From an uncultured bacterium (GTDB taxonomy: Bacteria; Gemmatimonadota; Gemmatimonadetes; Gemmatimonadales; Gemmatimonadaceae): DNA of 61,597 nt. This document shows positions 48,087 to 57,060 of this stretch, piece by piece. Location of the stretch: assembly GCA_963978095.1 (NCBI GenBank), contig CAXBQP010000010.1, positions 1-61,597 of the forward strand, read 5' to 3'. The notes beneath the pieces were generated by a model. It did not search any database, was not told the origin of the DNA, and was given only the letters and a program-made list of their open reading frames with translations. Each line of letters begins with the position of its first letter. Position 1 is the first letter of the stretch. Both the position numbers and the translations under genes were made by a program.

Positions 48087-49604
48087 TCATACGGTCGTCT
48101 CGGCGGTTGGCAACCACAGTCGCACGGTGGTGCCCTCCCCCACACGACTGTCGATCGTCAGGTCGCCCCCAGCGGCCCGAAGCTGGCTGCGCACCGACAG
48201 CAATCCGAATCCTGCCTCGCGCGCCAGACGCTTGGTGAAGGTCGGTTCGAAGACCACCGCGAGTTCCGACGCGGAGAGCCCGACGCCCTGATCCGAGATC
48301 GTGAGCACACCGTATGCTCCCTCGGCCAACACCGGAGACTCACCCGCCAACCGTTCCATCCGATCGCTCCGCACTTCGAGAACCGAATCCGGCTCGGAAA
48401 AATCCCGCGCATTGCTGAGCACTTCCACAACGGCGTCCTCGAGGACCTGCAGTTGAACGCGCACCAGCAGGCTGCGGACGCTGGACTCCATCCGCAGATC
48501 GTGACGCGTCACCAACCCATCCAGCACGAGACGGAAGCGCTGCACGAACAGGGGGAGATCCACGTAGTCGCGCTGGGTGGGCAGCGGTTTCGCGTAGGCG
48601 CCCAGTCGCAGGATCCGCTCCTCCAACTGCCCATTCAACAGACGAACCGCGCTCACGTCCAACGCCGGCGCCTCCGTGGAGGTCAAGCTGGTCTCCATCA
48701 TCCGCACGCCGAGCATCAGATTGCGCAACTCATGACTCAGCCCGACGACGAACTGCCCCAACCTCGCTTCGTGCGACCGCGCCCCGCGCACCGCCTCCGC
48801 GAGCCGGAGTCGCTCCTGTTCCAACTGAATCCGCGCATGCGGATAGCGCGTGACGACCAGAAGAAAGGCCAGCACCAACGCCGAGGCCACCGAGAGGATC
48901 GCATTGAGTTGGACGATCTGAAGGAGCCCACCGCGCGGCGTATCGGCCGGAAGTCCGGCAGAGGACAAACTCAGGCGCACCAGTTCGCCGGAGATCGCAA
49001 AGAGCTGCGCTGCCAGGAAGTACTGGGTGGCGGGAAAATGCACGCTCATCCGGTCACGCGTCCGAACGGCGACCCAGACCGCGTGTCCGCCGATCATCAC
49101 ATTCGCAAGGAGCAGCATCATCGCGTTGGACGGCAGCGGCAGGTGGGGGAAACCGTGGCGCAACGCCACGACGATCGCCGAGATGACGAACGAAGCCACC
49201 GCCGCGCGTCGGATGCGTCCAAAGGACACCGACGGCGCCTCCTCACCGCGAAAAAAGGCCATGAGCACGTCGACGAGCGGGATCGATGACGCCATGGTGG
49301 CGATCGTCAGCACCGTCACGAGCGCGGTGAGCTCGCGCGGTACTGCCCAGCCGGCCGCGACCAGACTCAGCCAGAGGCCGCCAAGCTGGCGAATCCCGCG
49401 CAAGATCATGTAGGAGAAGACGACGCGGGTGAACAGCCGCCCCGTAATCGCTTCGAGCCGACGACCGGCCGCCGTCGTCAGCACGAGCACGCCGAGGAAC
49501 ACGAGGGCGGTGAACGCGTACTTTCCCTGCAAGTCCTGAGTGTAATGCCGCCACGGCTCCAGAGGCTCGGGCTGGAGGGCCAGGACAGACGGCGCGAGTC
49601 GCAT
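48087..49604 (-). CDS. 7TM sensor kinase B: His and ATP-binding motifs both largely retained
   Basis: H-box LSHELRN; EVLSNARDF, DQGVG, FEPTFTKR, AGFGL. Confidence 0.82.
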   Translation of the reverse strand: MRLAPSVLALQPEPLEPWRHYTQDLQGKYAFTALVFLGVLVLTTAAGRRLEAITGRLFTRVVFSYMILRGIRQLGGLWLSLVAAGWAVPRELTALVTVLTIATMASSIPLVDVLMAFFRGEEAPSVSFGRIRRAAVASFVISAIVVALRHGFPHLPLPSNAMMLLLANVMIGGHAVWVAVRTRDRMSVHFPATQYFLAAQLFAISGELVRLSLSSAGLPADTPRGGLLQIVQLNAILSVASALVLAFLLVVTRYPHARIQLEQERLRLAEAVRGARSHEARLGQFVVGLSHELRNLMLGVRMMETSLTSTEAPALDVSAVRLLNGQLEERILRLGAYAKPLPTQRDYVDLPLFVQRFRLVLDGLVTRHDLRMESSVRSLLVRVQLQVLEDAVVEVLSNARDFSEPDSVLEVRSDRMERLAGESPVLAEGAYGVLTISDQGVGLSASELAVVFEPTFTKRLAREAGFGLLSVRSQLRAAGGDLTIDSRVGEGTTVRLWLPTAETTV

Positions 49605-51085
49605 CACGATTCCGCCAGCGGCAGCGCGCGCGTCTCGAACCGCGCCGCATCGAGGGTATCGTCCGGAAGCCACAGATGAATGGTGAGCCGTCCCGAGGTG
49701 TTGCGCTCCGCCAGTGCATCTCCACCCAACAGTCTGGCGAAGCGACGCAATGAGCCGAGCGCCCCGTCACGACTCGGCACGCCGATCGGCGACGACGCAC
49801 TCTCGAACAGACTCTCGTCGTGCTCCGCCGTCGGCTTGGGCATGCCCTGCACACTGAGTCGCGCGTAGTTGCCGGCGGCCAACAGCCCGGATGGCGCGTC
49901 CAGCCGCTGGCTCGACAACCGCACATCGATGCACCGTTGCTCACCGAGACCTGCGTTCAAGAACAGAACGAGATTCATCAGGGCCCGTGAGAACTCTTCC
50001 GGCGGACACTCCGTGTGATGCAACTGCGTGCTGGGCGTCCACCGGATCTCCACGTCGGGAAGCATCCGGCGTACCCGCGGCAACGCCACCTCCACCAGGG
50101 TGCCGATCTCGAGCCGATGTCCTTCGATCATGGTCTCATCCGGCTCGCGCAACTGGGCCAGCAGCGCGCGCCCCTTTGCCTGCACCGCGTCGATGATCGC
50201 AAGCTCCGCGTCGTGAAACGGTTCGGTCGCGAGCTGCGCACGAACACTCTCGACGGCACCCACGAGCGCGGTCACGTTGCGCGCGATGCCCGTGGCGAGA
50301 TACCCGGCCGTCTCGAGACGTCGACGCCGCGACGCCGCCCCCTCAGCGGAGCGCAACCGCGCCGACCGTGCGTCGATCAACGCACGCTCCATCTCCACCG
50401 CCGCCGCCAACTGCGTATAGGCCACGGCCAGCATGGTGAACATCGCCGAGGCAATCGACAAGAGCTGCGCGGCCTGGTTCGGACCCGGGTACCCGGTCCA
50501 CGAACCGGCGATTGCCGCCTGTTGCAAGGGGCGGCTGGCGAGCAACACCATTCCCGTCACGAGCAGTCGATGCACCTCGCTGTTCCTGCGGGCGTTCCGC
50601 CCCTGCAGGTAGAACCAGAGCGCGCTCCCGCAGGCGACCAGCATGAGCACGGCGATCGGCACGCGCGACACCTCGAGTCCGTTTTGTCTCGGCGCTACGG
50701 GGGTCATCAGGACCACCACGACGCCGAGGACGGTGGAGACGGCCACCGACCGCAAAATCCGCGTGCGAAGGACAGCGGGTGGTTCGGGCCGCTCTTGCAC
50801 TTCCGCGAACGCGGAAGGCAACGTCGCGACCGACGCGAACAGGAACACGAAGAATCCGACCGTCCCCACGCGCATCAGCGCGAGGGAGTCGAAATAGTTG
50901 CCCAGTTGTCCGATCAGGGAGAAACATCCCGTCGCGACGCCGAAGGTCCAGAAGAGCGCCATCCGTCGCACGAGGCGCTGCTCGAACATGCTGGTGCCGA
51001 TCCAGCATCCCGCTGCGATCGCGACAAAGATCGTCGCCAGTATCGACTGCAACAGCAGCCGGAACGGAAGGGGATCGAGATGCAC
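49604..51085 (-). CDS. 7TM pseudokinase A: His replaced by Arg, ATP-binding domain degenerate
   Basis: H-box GIARNVT; N-box NLVLFL, no DxGxG (VQGMPKP), G2 GALGSL. Confidence 0.78.
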   Translation of the reverse strand: MHLDPLPFRLLLQSILATIFVAIAAGCWIGTSMFEQRLVRRMALFWTFGVATGCFSLIGQLGNYFDSLALMRVGTVGFFVFLFASVATLPSAFAEVQERPEPPAVLRTRILRSVAVSTVLGVVVVLMTPVAPRQNGLEVSRVPIAVLMLVACGSALWFYLQGRNARRNSEVHRLLVTGMVLLASRPLQQAAIAGSWTGYPGPNQAAQLLSIASAMFTMLAVAYTQLAAAVEMERALIDARSARLRSAEGAASRRRRLETAGYLATGIARNVTALVGAVESVRAQLATEPFHDAELAIIDAVQAKGRALLAQLREPDETMIEGHRLEIGTLVEVALPRVRRMLPDVEIRWTPSTQLHHTECPPEEFSRALMNLVLFLNAGLGEQRCIDVRLSSQRLDAPSGLLAAGNYARLSVQGMPKPTAEHDESLFESASSPIGVPSRDGALGSLRRFARLLGGDALAERNTSGRLTIHLWLPDDTLDAARFETRALPLAES

Positions 51086-51115
51086 GAGAGGGGACCGCCG
51101 CGAGCCGCGGGGGAG

Positions 51116-51502
51116 CTACATCGGTGCTGCGAGCACCTGCCGGACCGCGCTCAGCAGTTGCGCTTCGGTGAACGGCTTGAGCAATGTCGCATTCGCACCG
51201 ACCTGCGCCGCCACGGACAGATAGAGATCCGCCGAGCCCATTCCCCCGCCGGACATCGCGATGATCGGCAGCGTCGGATGGGAACGTCGAAGCTCGATGA
51301 TGGTCTCGACCCCTTCGCGGTCCGGCATCACGAGATCGGTCAGCACCAGGTCGAATCGCCCGGACTGCATCGCCTCGATCGCCAACCGCCCGTCGTTGAC
51401 GGCGAGCACATCGAACCCGGCGCGGTCGAGCACGAGCTCGAGCGACTTCAGAACCGACGGTTCATCATCGACCAGCAGAATGCTGATGTGCGAGGCTTCC
51501 AT
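51116..51502 (-). CDS. Single-domain response regulator (CheY-like receiver)
   Basis: VDDE, LTDLVMP phospho-Asp, AMSGG, LLKPF; no output domain. Confidence 0.92.
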   Translation of the reverse strand: MEASHISILLVDDEPSVLKSLELVLDRAGFDVLAVNDGRLAIEAMQSGRFDLVLTDLVMPDREGVETIIELRRSHPTLPIIAMSGGGMGSADLYLSVAAQVGANATLLKPFTEAQLLSAVRQVLAAPM

Positions 51503-51683
51503 GGGAGATCAGCGAGTCAGAAGCTAGGGGACATCGGACGGACGACATGCCATGGTCGACTGCGCAATCGTCCGAGTGTCACGAGTTCATTCAGTAAAGG
51601 AGATGAATCACGTGCGCGATTAGCTGAAGCAACCTGTTAGACTAGCATATTTCGGGGAAAAACGCCACGGATGCATGATTTTT

Positions 51684-52379
51684 CTACACCAATTTTTGTC
51701 CAGCGATTCTACGGAGTGTGGCGTCGTCGAGGCGGTGCCCCCCGTCAAACGTTTCGGCGCGGTAGGGAAACCCCGAGCCGTCGAGCCGCTCCCGTTCGCG
51801 GGCGACGACGTCGGCCGGCGCGAATCGATCGCGCGCGCCCACCACGAGGAGCGTGTCGGCCTGTCGGAGCGGGGCGTGGGGATTTGCGATCTCGAGTTCC
51901 GGGGGGACGGCGCATCCCCAGAGGATGTGCCGCGCAATGGGCGTAGATCCGCTCGCGACCCAGCGCGACGACGTGGCGCCACCCTGCGAGAAACCGAGGA
52001 CGGTCACGGGGGGCGCCACTCCGCCGAGCCGTTCGGTGATCGAGATGTGGAGTCCGGTGAGATAGCTCAGATAGTCACGGATCTCGTCCTCGCGCGCTTC
52101 CTTGGTCATCCAGCTCGCGCCGATCGGGACCTCCTTGCCGATGCGATCCTCGAGGCGTCCCGCGTAGTGGCGGGACAGCGCCTCTGGCGCGACGATCAGC
52201 CGGGAGCCGTCGTCGATGCAGCGAAAGTTCTCGAGGAAGGGCACGGCCAGCTCGCCGTAGCCGTGCAGGACGTACCAAAGTTCGCGGAGAACGCCGGTTG
52301 CATGGAGGTCGGCGCGTGGCTGGGGGCCGAGCAGGGCGAGACGTGCGGTCCGCGGCGTGGTGAAGGTCTCGAGGTGCAT
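51684..52379 (-). CDS. Phospholipase/carboxylesterase family alpha/beta hydrolase
   Basis: LHGYG, APEALS, ASWMT, GFSQGG, GARD, FDGGH. Confidence 0.88.
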   Translation of the reverse strand: MHLETFTTPRTARLALLGPQPRADLHATGVLRELWYVLHGYGELAVPFLENFRCIDDGSRLIVAPEALSRHYAGRLEDRIGKEVPIGASWMTKEAREDEIRDYLSYLTGLHISITERLGGVAPPVTVLGFSQGGATSSRWVASGSTPIARHILWGCAVPPELEIANPHAPLRQADTLLVVGARDRFAPADVVARERERLDGSGFPYRAETFDGGHRLDDATLRRIAGQKLV

Positions 52380-52524
52380 CGGTGAAAGCTGTCGTGCGTG
52401 GCGGCGGTGGGGTAGCGGCAGGGGTAGCGGCAGGGGGATCAGCTGGGGGAGCGGCCGGTGAGGCGTGGCGGATTGCGGTGCTTCCCGGTCCCGATTACCC
52501 TTCACCCTTCACCAGGAGCAGACC

Positions 52525-52674
52525 GTGAGCCACGCACCAGTCAATCCGTCCGCCAAGGGGTGGGGTTTCGCCCTTGCGATCATCATTCTCGCTATCGTCG
52601 CGAATGTGACGGCCTTCTCGATCCACAAGGCAACGTATCTCCAGCCGGACAAGCACGCGTCGGCGGAGAAGTAG
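52525..52674 (+). CDS. Small single-TM membrane protein (49 aa)
   Basis: AGGAG RBS before GTG; GWGFALAIIILAIVANVTAFSIH TM helix; followed by a terminator hairpin. Confidence 0.7.
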   Translation: MSHAPVNPSAKGWGFALAIIILAIVANVTAFSIHKATYLQPDKHASAEK

Positions 52675-52693
52675 TCGTTCCACCAGAACATGA

Positions 52694-52725
52694 AGCGGGG
52701 CCCGGCATCGTTGCCGGGCCCCGCT
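52694..52725. terminator. Hairpin between the convergent small ORF and infA
   Basis: AGCGGGGCCCGGCA-TCGT-TGCCGGGCCCCGCT 14-bp perfect stem. Confidence 0.75.
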
Positions 52726-52752
52726 CGTTGCATCAGGCCGCGCTGCCGATGC

Positions 52753-52974
52753 TCAGTTCTTGTGCCGGAACGTGATGCGACCGCGACTCAGGTCGTACGG
52801 CGAGACCTCGACGGTCACGCGATCCCCCTGCAGCACGCGAATGCGGAAGCGACGCATCTTGCCGGCCATCGTCGCCAGGACATCGTGCCCGTTCGACAGG
52901 AGCACGCGGAAGGTCGCGCTGGGGAGCACTTCGCTGACGGTGCCTTCGAGTTCGATCGCTTCTTCTTTCGCCAT
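52753..52974 (-). CDS. infA: Translation initiation factor IF-1
   Basis: [18 protein letters not shown]...GKMR...[21 protein letters not shown]. Confidence 0.98.
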   Translation of the reverse strand: MAKEEAIELEGTVSEVLPSATFRVLLSNGHDVLATMAGKMRRFRIRVLQGDRVTVEVSPYDLSRGRITFRHKN

Positions 52975-53175
52975 GGATGCCGTTGGGATGGTCAGGACGC
53001 CGGCCGAGGCCAGGGGTCACGGGAACCTTGTAATGTAGTCCCGTGCGACGCAGGGAACCAGCGCGGGAGCGAATCCACGGGACGCGCCCGGCGGGCCGTG
53101 CCCTGGAGCCGAGCCTCGCGCCGTGGCGCGGCGGCCATTACCCTGAATCATCACTCCAGCCGCGAACCCACGCCG

Positions 53176-54504
53176 ATGCCCCTCCTGCTTCGTACCGCCC
53201 GCGCCGCGTTGCTCGGGACCACCGCGCTCTCGCTTGCCGCGCACGCCGCCGGCGCGCAATCCCGGAAACCCAGCGACGAACTCGACACGCGCATCGCGCA
53301 GGTGATGAGCAAGGTCGTGACCTGGCGTCGTGATTTTCACGAGCATCCGGAACTCTCCAACAGCGAGAAGCGCACGGCCAAGATCGTCGCCGAGCATCTG
53401 CGCGCGCTGGGACTCGATGTCCGCGAGGGGGTGGCGGGCACGGGGGTGATCGGCGTGCTCAAGGGAGGGAAGCCGGGGAAAGTCGTGGCGCTGCGCGCCG
53501 ACATGGACGCGCTCCCCGTGACGGAAGAAACGGATCTCCCCTTCAAGTCCACGGTCAAGGCCACCTTTGCCGGCCAGTCCGTGGGCGTGATGCACGCCTG
53601 CGGGCACGACTCGCACACCGCGATGCTGATGGGCGCGGCCGAGGTGCTGACCGGGATGCGGGCCTCGCTCCCGGGAACGGTCAAGTTCATCTTCCAGCCG
53701 GCGGAGGAAGGGGCGCCGCCGGGGGAGCGTGGCGGAGCCGCCGTGATGGTCGAGCAGGGCGCGCTGGAGAATCCGCATGTCGACGCGGTGTTCGCGCTGC
53801 ATGTGTGGCCGGAAGAGGCGGGGAAATTGAGCTACAAGCCCGGCGCCTCGATGTCGGCCTCGGACCAGCTGCGGATCGTGGTCCGCGGGCGTCAGACGCA
53901 CGGCGCGCAGCCGTGGCGCGGCGTGGACCCGATCGTGCTCTCGGCGCAGATCGTATCGGCGCTGCAGACGATCACCGCGCGCCAGACGGACATCACCGCC
54001 GCGCCGGCGATCGTGACCGTGGGGACCATCAACGGCGGCGTCCGGTTCAACATCATTCCGGACAGCGTGATCATGACGGGCACGATCCGCACCTTCGACG
54101 ATGCGATGCGCAAGGACATCCACCTGCGCATCGCTCGCACGGCGGAGAAGATCGCCGAGGCGAGTGGCGGCTCGGCGACGGTGACCATCACGGTGGGCGG
54201 CAGCATCGTCTGGAACGATCCGGCGCTCACGGCGCAGATGGCGCCGACGATCGCCAAGGCCGCCGGCGGCAAGGTGAACAGCAACGCGGTGTGGATGCCC
54301 TCGGAGGACTTTCCGTCCTTCACGAAGACGACCCCGGGCGTGTATCTCTTCCTCGGCGTGAACAAGGCCGGCGTCGCGGTTGAGGAGGCCGCGGCCAACC
54401 ACTCGACCAAGTTCTTCGTGAATGAGGACGCGATGCCCACCGGCGTGAAAGCGCTCGTGTCGCTCGCGACCGACTTCCTGGCATCCGCAAAGACCACCCC
54501 GTGA
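53176..54504 (+). CDS. Secreted M20D amidohydrolase
   Basis: Signal peptide, RRDFHEHPELS, LRADMDALP, MHACGHDSH, FQPAEEG, SEDF. Confidence 0.92.
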   Translation: MPLLLRTARAALLGTTALSLAAHAAGAQSRKPSDELDTRIAQVMSKVVTWRRDFHEHPELSNSEKRTAKIVAEHLRALGLDVREGVAGTGVIGVLKGGKPGKVVALRADMDALPVTEETDLPFKSTVKATFAGQSVGVMHACGHDSHTAMLMGAAEVLTGMRASLPGTVKFIFQPAEEGAPPGERGGAAVMVEQGALENPHVDAVFALHVWPEEAGKLSYKPGASMSASDQLRIVVRGRQTHGAQPWRGVDPIVLSAQIVSALQTITARQTDITAAPAIVTVGTINGGVRFNIIPDSVIMTGTIRTFDDAMRKDIHLRIARTAEKIAEASGGSATVTITVGGSIVWNDPALTAQMAPTIAKAAGGKVNSNAVWMPSEDFPSFTKTTPGVYLFLGVNKAGVAVEEAAANHSTKFFVNEDAMPTGVKALVSLATDFLASAKTTP

Positions 54505-55121
54505 GCAACCCGCTCCCCTGGGTGCCGTGGGAGTTCTGGACGTGGATCGAGAATGTCGCGGTCGTGTTCGGGCTGGTCAGCGTGTACCTCTCGGCCAAGG
54601 AGCGGATCGCCGGCTGGCCCACGGCGATCGTGAATGTGGGGCTCTACTTCTTCGTCTTCTGGCACAGCAAGCTGTACGCGGACGCGGTGCTGCAACTCGT
54701 GTATCTCGTCCTCTCCGTGTACGGCTGGTATGAATGGCTGTACGGCGGGGCGCAACATTCCGCGCTGCAAGTGACGCAGGCCCGGCGACTGCACTGGCTC
54801 GTGAGCGTGCCGCTGGCGACGGCGTTCGCGATCGGCCTCGGCGCGTTCATGGCGACGCATACCGATTCGCCGGTGCCCTATCTGGACGCCGGCCTGACCT
54901 CGGTGAGTCTGGTGGCGCAGTGGATGATGACGCGGAAGTTGCTCGAGAACTGGCTGGTGTGGATCGGCGTGAATCTCGTGTATGTGCCGACGTTCATCTT
55001 CCGGGGACTCCCCGCTACCGCGGTGCAGTATGCGGTGTTCCTGGTGCTTGCGGCGATCGGCTACGCCGGATGGCGGCGGTCACTCGCGTCGACGGCGGAC
55101 GCTGCGACCCCGGGGCGGTAA
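54501..55121 (+). CDS. pnuC: PnuC-family vitamin (nicotinamide riboside) transporter
   Basis: GWP, LYAD..LQ.VY..LSVYGWYEW, PYLDA, AQWMMTRKLLENWLVWIGVN. Confidence 0.92.
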   Translation: MSNPLPWVPWEFWTWIENVAVVFGLVSVYLSAKERIAGWPTAIVNVGLYFFVFWHSKLYADAVLQLVYLVLSVYGWYEWLYGGAQHSALQVTQARRLHWLVSVPLATAFAIGLGAFMATHTDSPVPYLDAGLTSVSLVAQWMMTRKLLENWLVWIGVNLVYVPTFIFRGLPATAVQYAVFLVLAAIGYAGWRRSLASTADAATPGR

Positions 55122-55123
55122 GG

Positions 55124-55699
55124 GTGCGGATCGTCGTGACGGGCCCCGAGAGCACGGGCAAGAGCACGCTCGCGCAGCTCCTGGGGGAACGCCTGCACGC
55201 GCCGGTTGTTCCCGAGGCGGCGCGCCTGTATGCGGAGGCGCTCTCGGCCCGCACGCCCGGCGCCACGCTGACCGCGGCTGACGTCGCGCCGATTGCGCGC
55301 CTCGCGCTCTCGCTCGACGACCACGCGATGGCCGCGCAGCCCGGGACCGTGGTGTGCGACACCGATCTGGTCTCGACCGTCGTGTACGCCCGACACTACT
55401 ACGGCGATGTCCCCGCGTGGGTCGAGACCGCAGCGCGTGAACGGCGCGGGGACCTGTACCTGTTGTGCGCGACCGATCTTCCGTGGACGCCGGACGCCGT
55501 CCGTGACCGCCCATTGCACCGCGATGCCCTGCTGCATGCGTTCCGCGACGCCTTGCACGCGTTCGACTGCACCGTCGCGTGGGTCGCGGGGACGGGGGAC
55601 GCGCGCGTGGAGCAGGCGTGGGAAGCGATCGCGCGGCATCAGGCCGCGCCCCTCGCAGCGCCCCTCGCCGCGCCCCACGCGCGCGAGGAACGTTCATGA
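55124..55699 (+). CDS. Stand-alone NadR/Ttd14-type P-loop kinase (AAA_28)
   Basis: VTGPESTGKST, VPEAAR, VCDTD, DLPWTPDAVRD. Confidence 0.87.
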   Translation: MRIVVTGPESTGKSTLAQLLGERLHAPVVPEAARLYAEALSARTPGATLTAADVAPIARLALSLDDHAMAAQPGTVVCDTDLVSTVVYARHYYGDVPAWVETAARERRGDLYLLCATDLPWTPDAVRDRPLHRDALLHAFRDALHAFDCTVAWVAGTGDARVEQAWEAIARHQAAPLAAPLAAPHAREERS

Positions 55700-57060
55700 C
55701 GCTCGTCCGCTCCGCGTTTCCCGGGCTCCTGCAGGCGGGTACCGCGACCAACGTGGCCGCCGGCGAGTTTTCCGCCGCGCTGCTGCAGGCCGGCATCACG
55801 GCCGCGCTGGCGGTGCTCTGCGTCGGACTCTGGTCGCGAAGCCGGCAGTCGTACTTCGGGTGGTGGGGGCTCGCCTTCGGGCTCTTTCTGCTGCGCATCA
55901 CCGTCATCGTGGTCTTCATCGCGAGCGGGGACCGCGGATGGCTGTTCTGGCATCAAGTCATCACCGGCTGGACCGCGCTCGCGCTGCTCTGGGCGGCGCT
56001 CAAGTTCTCGCACGAGGCGCGGTGGCGCCGCTGGTACTACCTGTTCGTCGCCTTTCCCTTGGCGTGGAGCTATATCGCGGTCATCCGGCTCGAGAACTTC
56101 ACCCTCGCCGCGGTTCCTGCGGTGCTCTTCCTCTCGGGGGCCACGCTCTGGACGGGGATCGTCCTCCTGCGCTTCCAACGCAAGGCGACCCAGGGCGCCA
56201 GCACCTTGCTCGGCTGGACCTTCCTGCTGTGGGGGCTCCACCATCTGGATTATCCCATCCTGCGGGCGCGCGGCGCGTGGAACCCGTGGGGCTACTACAT
56301 CGACATCCTCTTTCTGCTCGCCGTCGGCGCTGGCATCCTGCTGGTGATCAACGCCGAGCTCGCCAGCCGCCTGCAACTGCGGACCGACGAGCTGGAGCGG
56401 CTCTCGCGGCGGATGGTCCAGCAGCACGAAGAAGAGCGCCGGCGCCTCTCGCTCGAACTGCATGACGAAACGGCGCAGGTCTTCGCCGCCGTCAAAATGC
56501 AACTCGGCGTAATGAGCGAGCGATTCACCGAGAGCGACCCGCCGGTGGCCGCGCGGTTGTTGCGTGCCGTGGAACTGGTGGATGACGGGATGCGCGGGAT
56601 CCGCAACGTCGTCAATGATCTGCGGCCGTCACTGCTGGACGACCTGGGACTCCTGCCGGCCATGCGCTCGCTGGTGGCGGATTACCAGGAGCGGCGGGGA
56701 TTGCCGGTGACCATCGACGCGCCCCCGGCACTGCCACCCCTCAGCGACGAAGCGGAGGTGGCCCTCTTCCGCGCGTTGCAGGAGGCGTTGGCCAATGTCG
56801 CCCGCCATGCGTCGGGCGCCTCCACGCGAGTGCTCATCCGCGTGCATGCGGACACGATTCTCCTGCGGGTCGCCGACGGTGGACCGGGGTTCGCTGACGA
56901 CGGGGAACTGTCGCGCGCCGAGGCGGCAGGGCATCTTGGACTCGTGGGCATGCGTGAGCGGATCGTCGCGCTCGGGGGAGCCGTCCGGATACGGTCGGCA
57001 CCGGGCGCGGGAGTGGACATCGAAATCCAAGTGCCGATTTTCCGAGGGGTGGACGCGTGA
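55696..57060 (+). CDS. 7TM sensor histidine kinase, HisKA_3 (NarX-type)
   Basis: Seven hydrophobic segments, EEERRRLSLELHDETAQ, LRPSLLDDLGL, QEALANVARHA, DGGPGF, GHLGLVGMRER. Confidence 0.92.
   Translation: MTLVRSAFPGLLQAGTATNVAAGEFSAALLQAGITAALAVLCVGLWSRSRQSYFGWWGLAFGLFLLRITVIVVFIASGDRGWLFWHQVITGWTALALLWAALKFSHEARWRRWYYLFVAFPLAWSYIAVIRLENFTLAAVPAVLFLSGATLWTGIVLLRFQRKATQGASTLLGWTFLLWGLHHLDYPILRARGAWNPWGYYIDILFLLAVGAGILLVINAELASRLQLRTDELERLSRRMVQQHEEERRRLSLELHDETAQVFAAVKMQLGVMSERFTESDPPVAARLLRAVELVDDGMRGIRNVVNDLRPSLLDDLGLLPAMRSLVADYQERRGLPVTIDAPPALPPLSDEAEVALFRALQEALANVARHASGASTRVLIRVHADTILLRVADGGPGFADDGELSRAEAAGHLGLVGMRERIVALGGAVRIRSAPGAGVDIEIQVPIFRGVDA

Noticed and set aside
45048..51085. 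7TM domains as rhodopsins
   Set aside because: No Lys in the seventh helix and no retinal-pocket motifs in any of the four.
45048..51085. Kinase array as pseudogenes
   Set aside because: No stops or frameshifts, similar lengths, preserved translational coupling, and the motif loss is complementary; decay cannot be fully excluded without dN/dS.
52409..52436. GGGGTAGCGGCA two-copy repeat, similar 12-bp repeats near 11278-11306 and a 9-bp repeat near 37953-37995, as CRISPR or iterons
   Set aside because: Short, spacerless, few copies and no cas or rep genes; simple slippage repeats.
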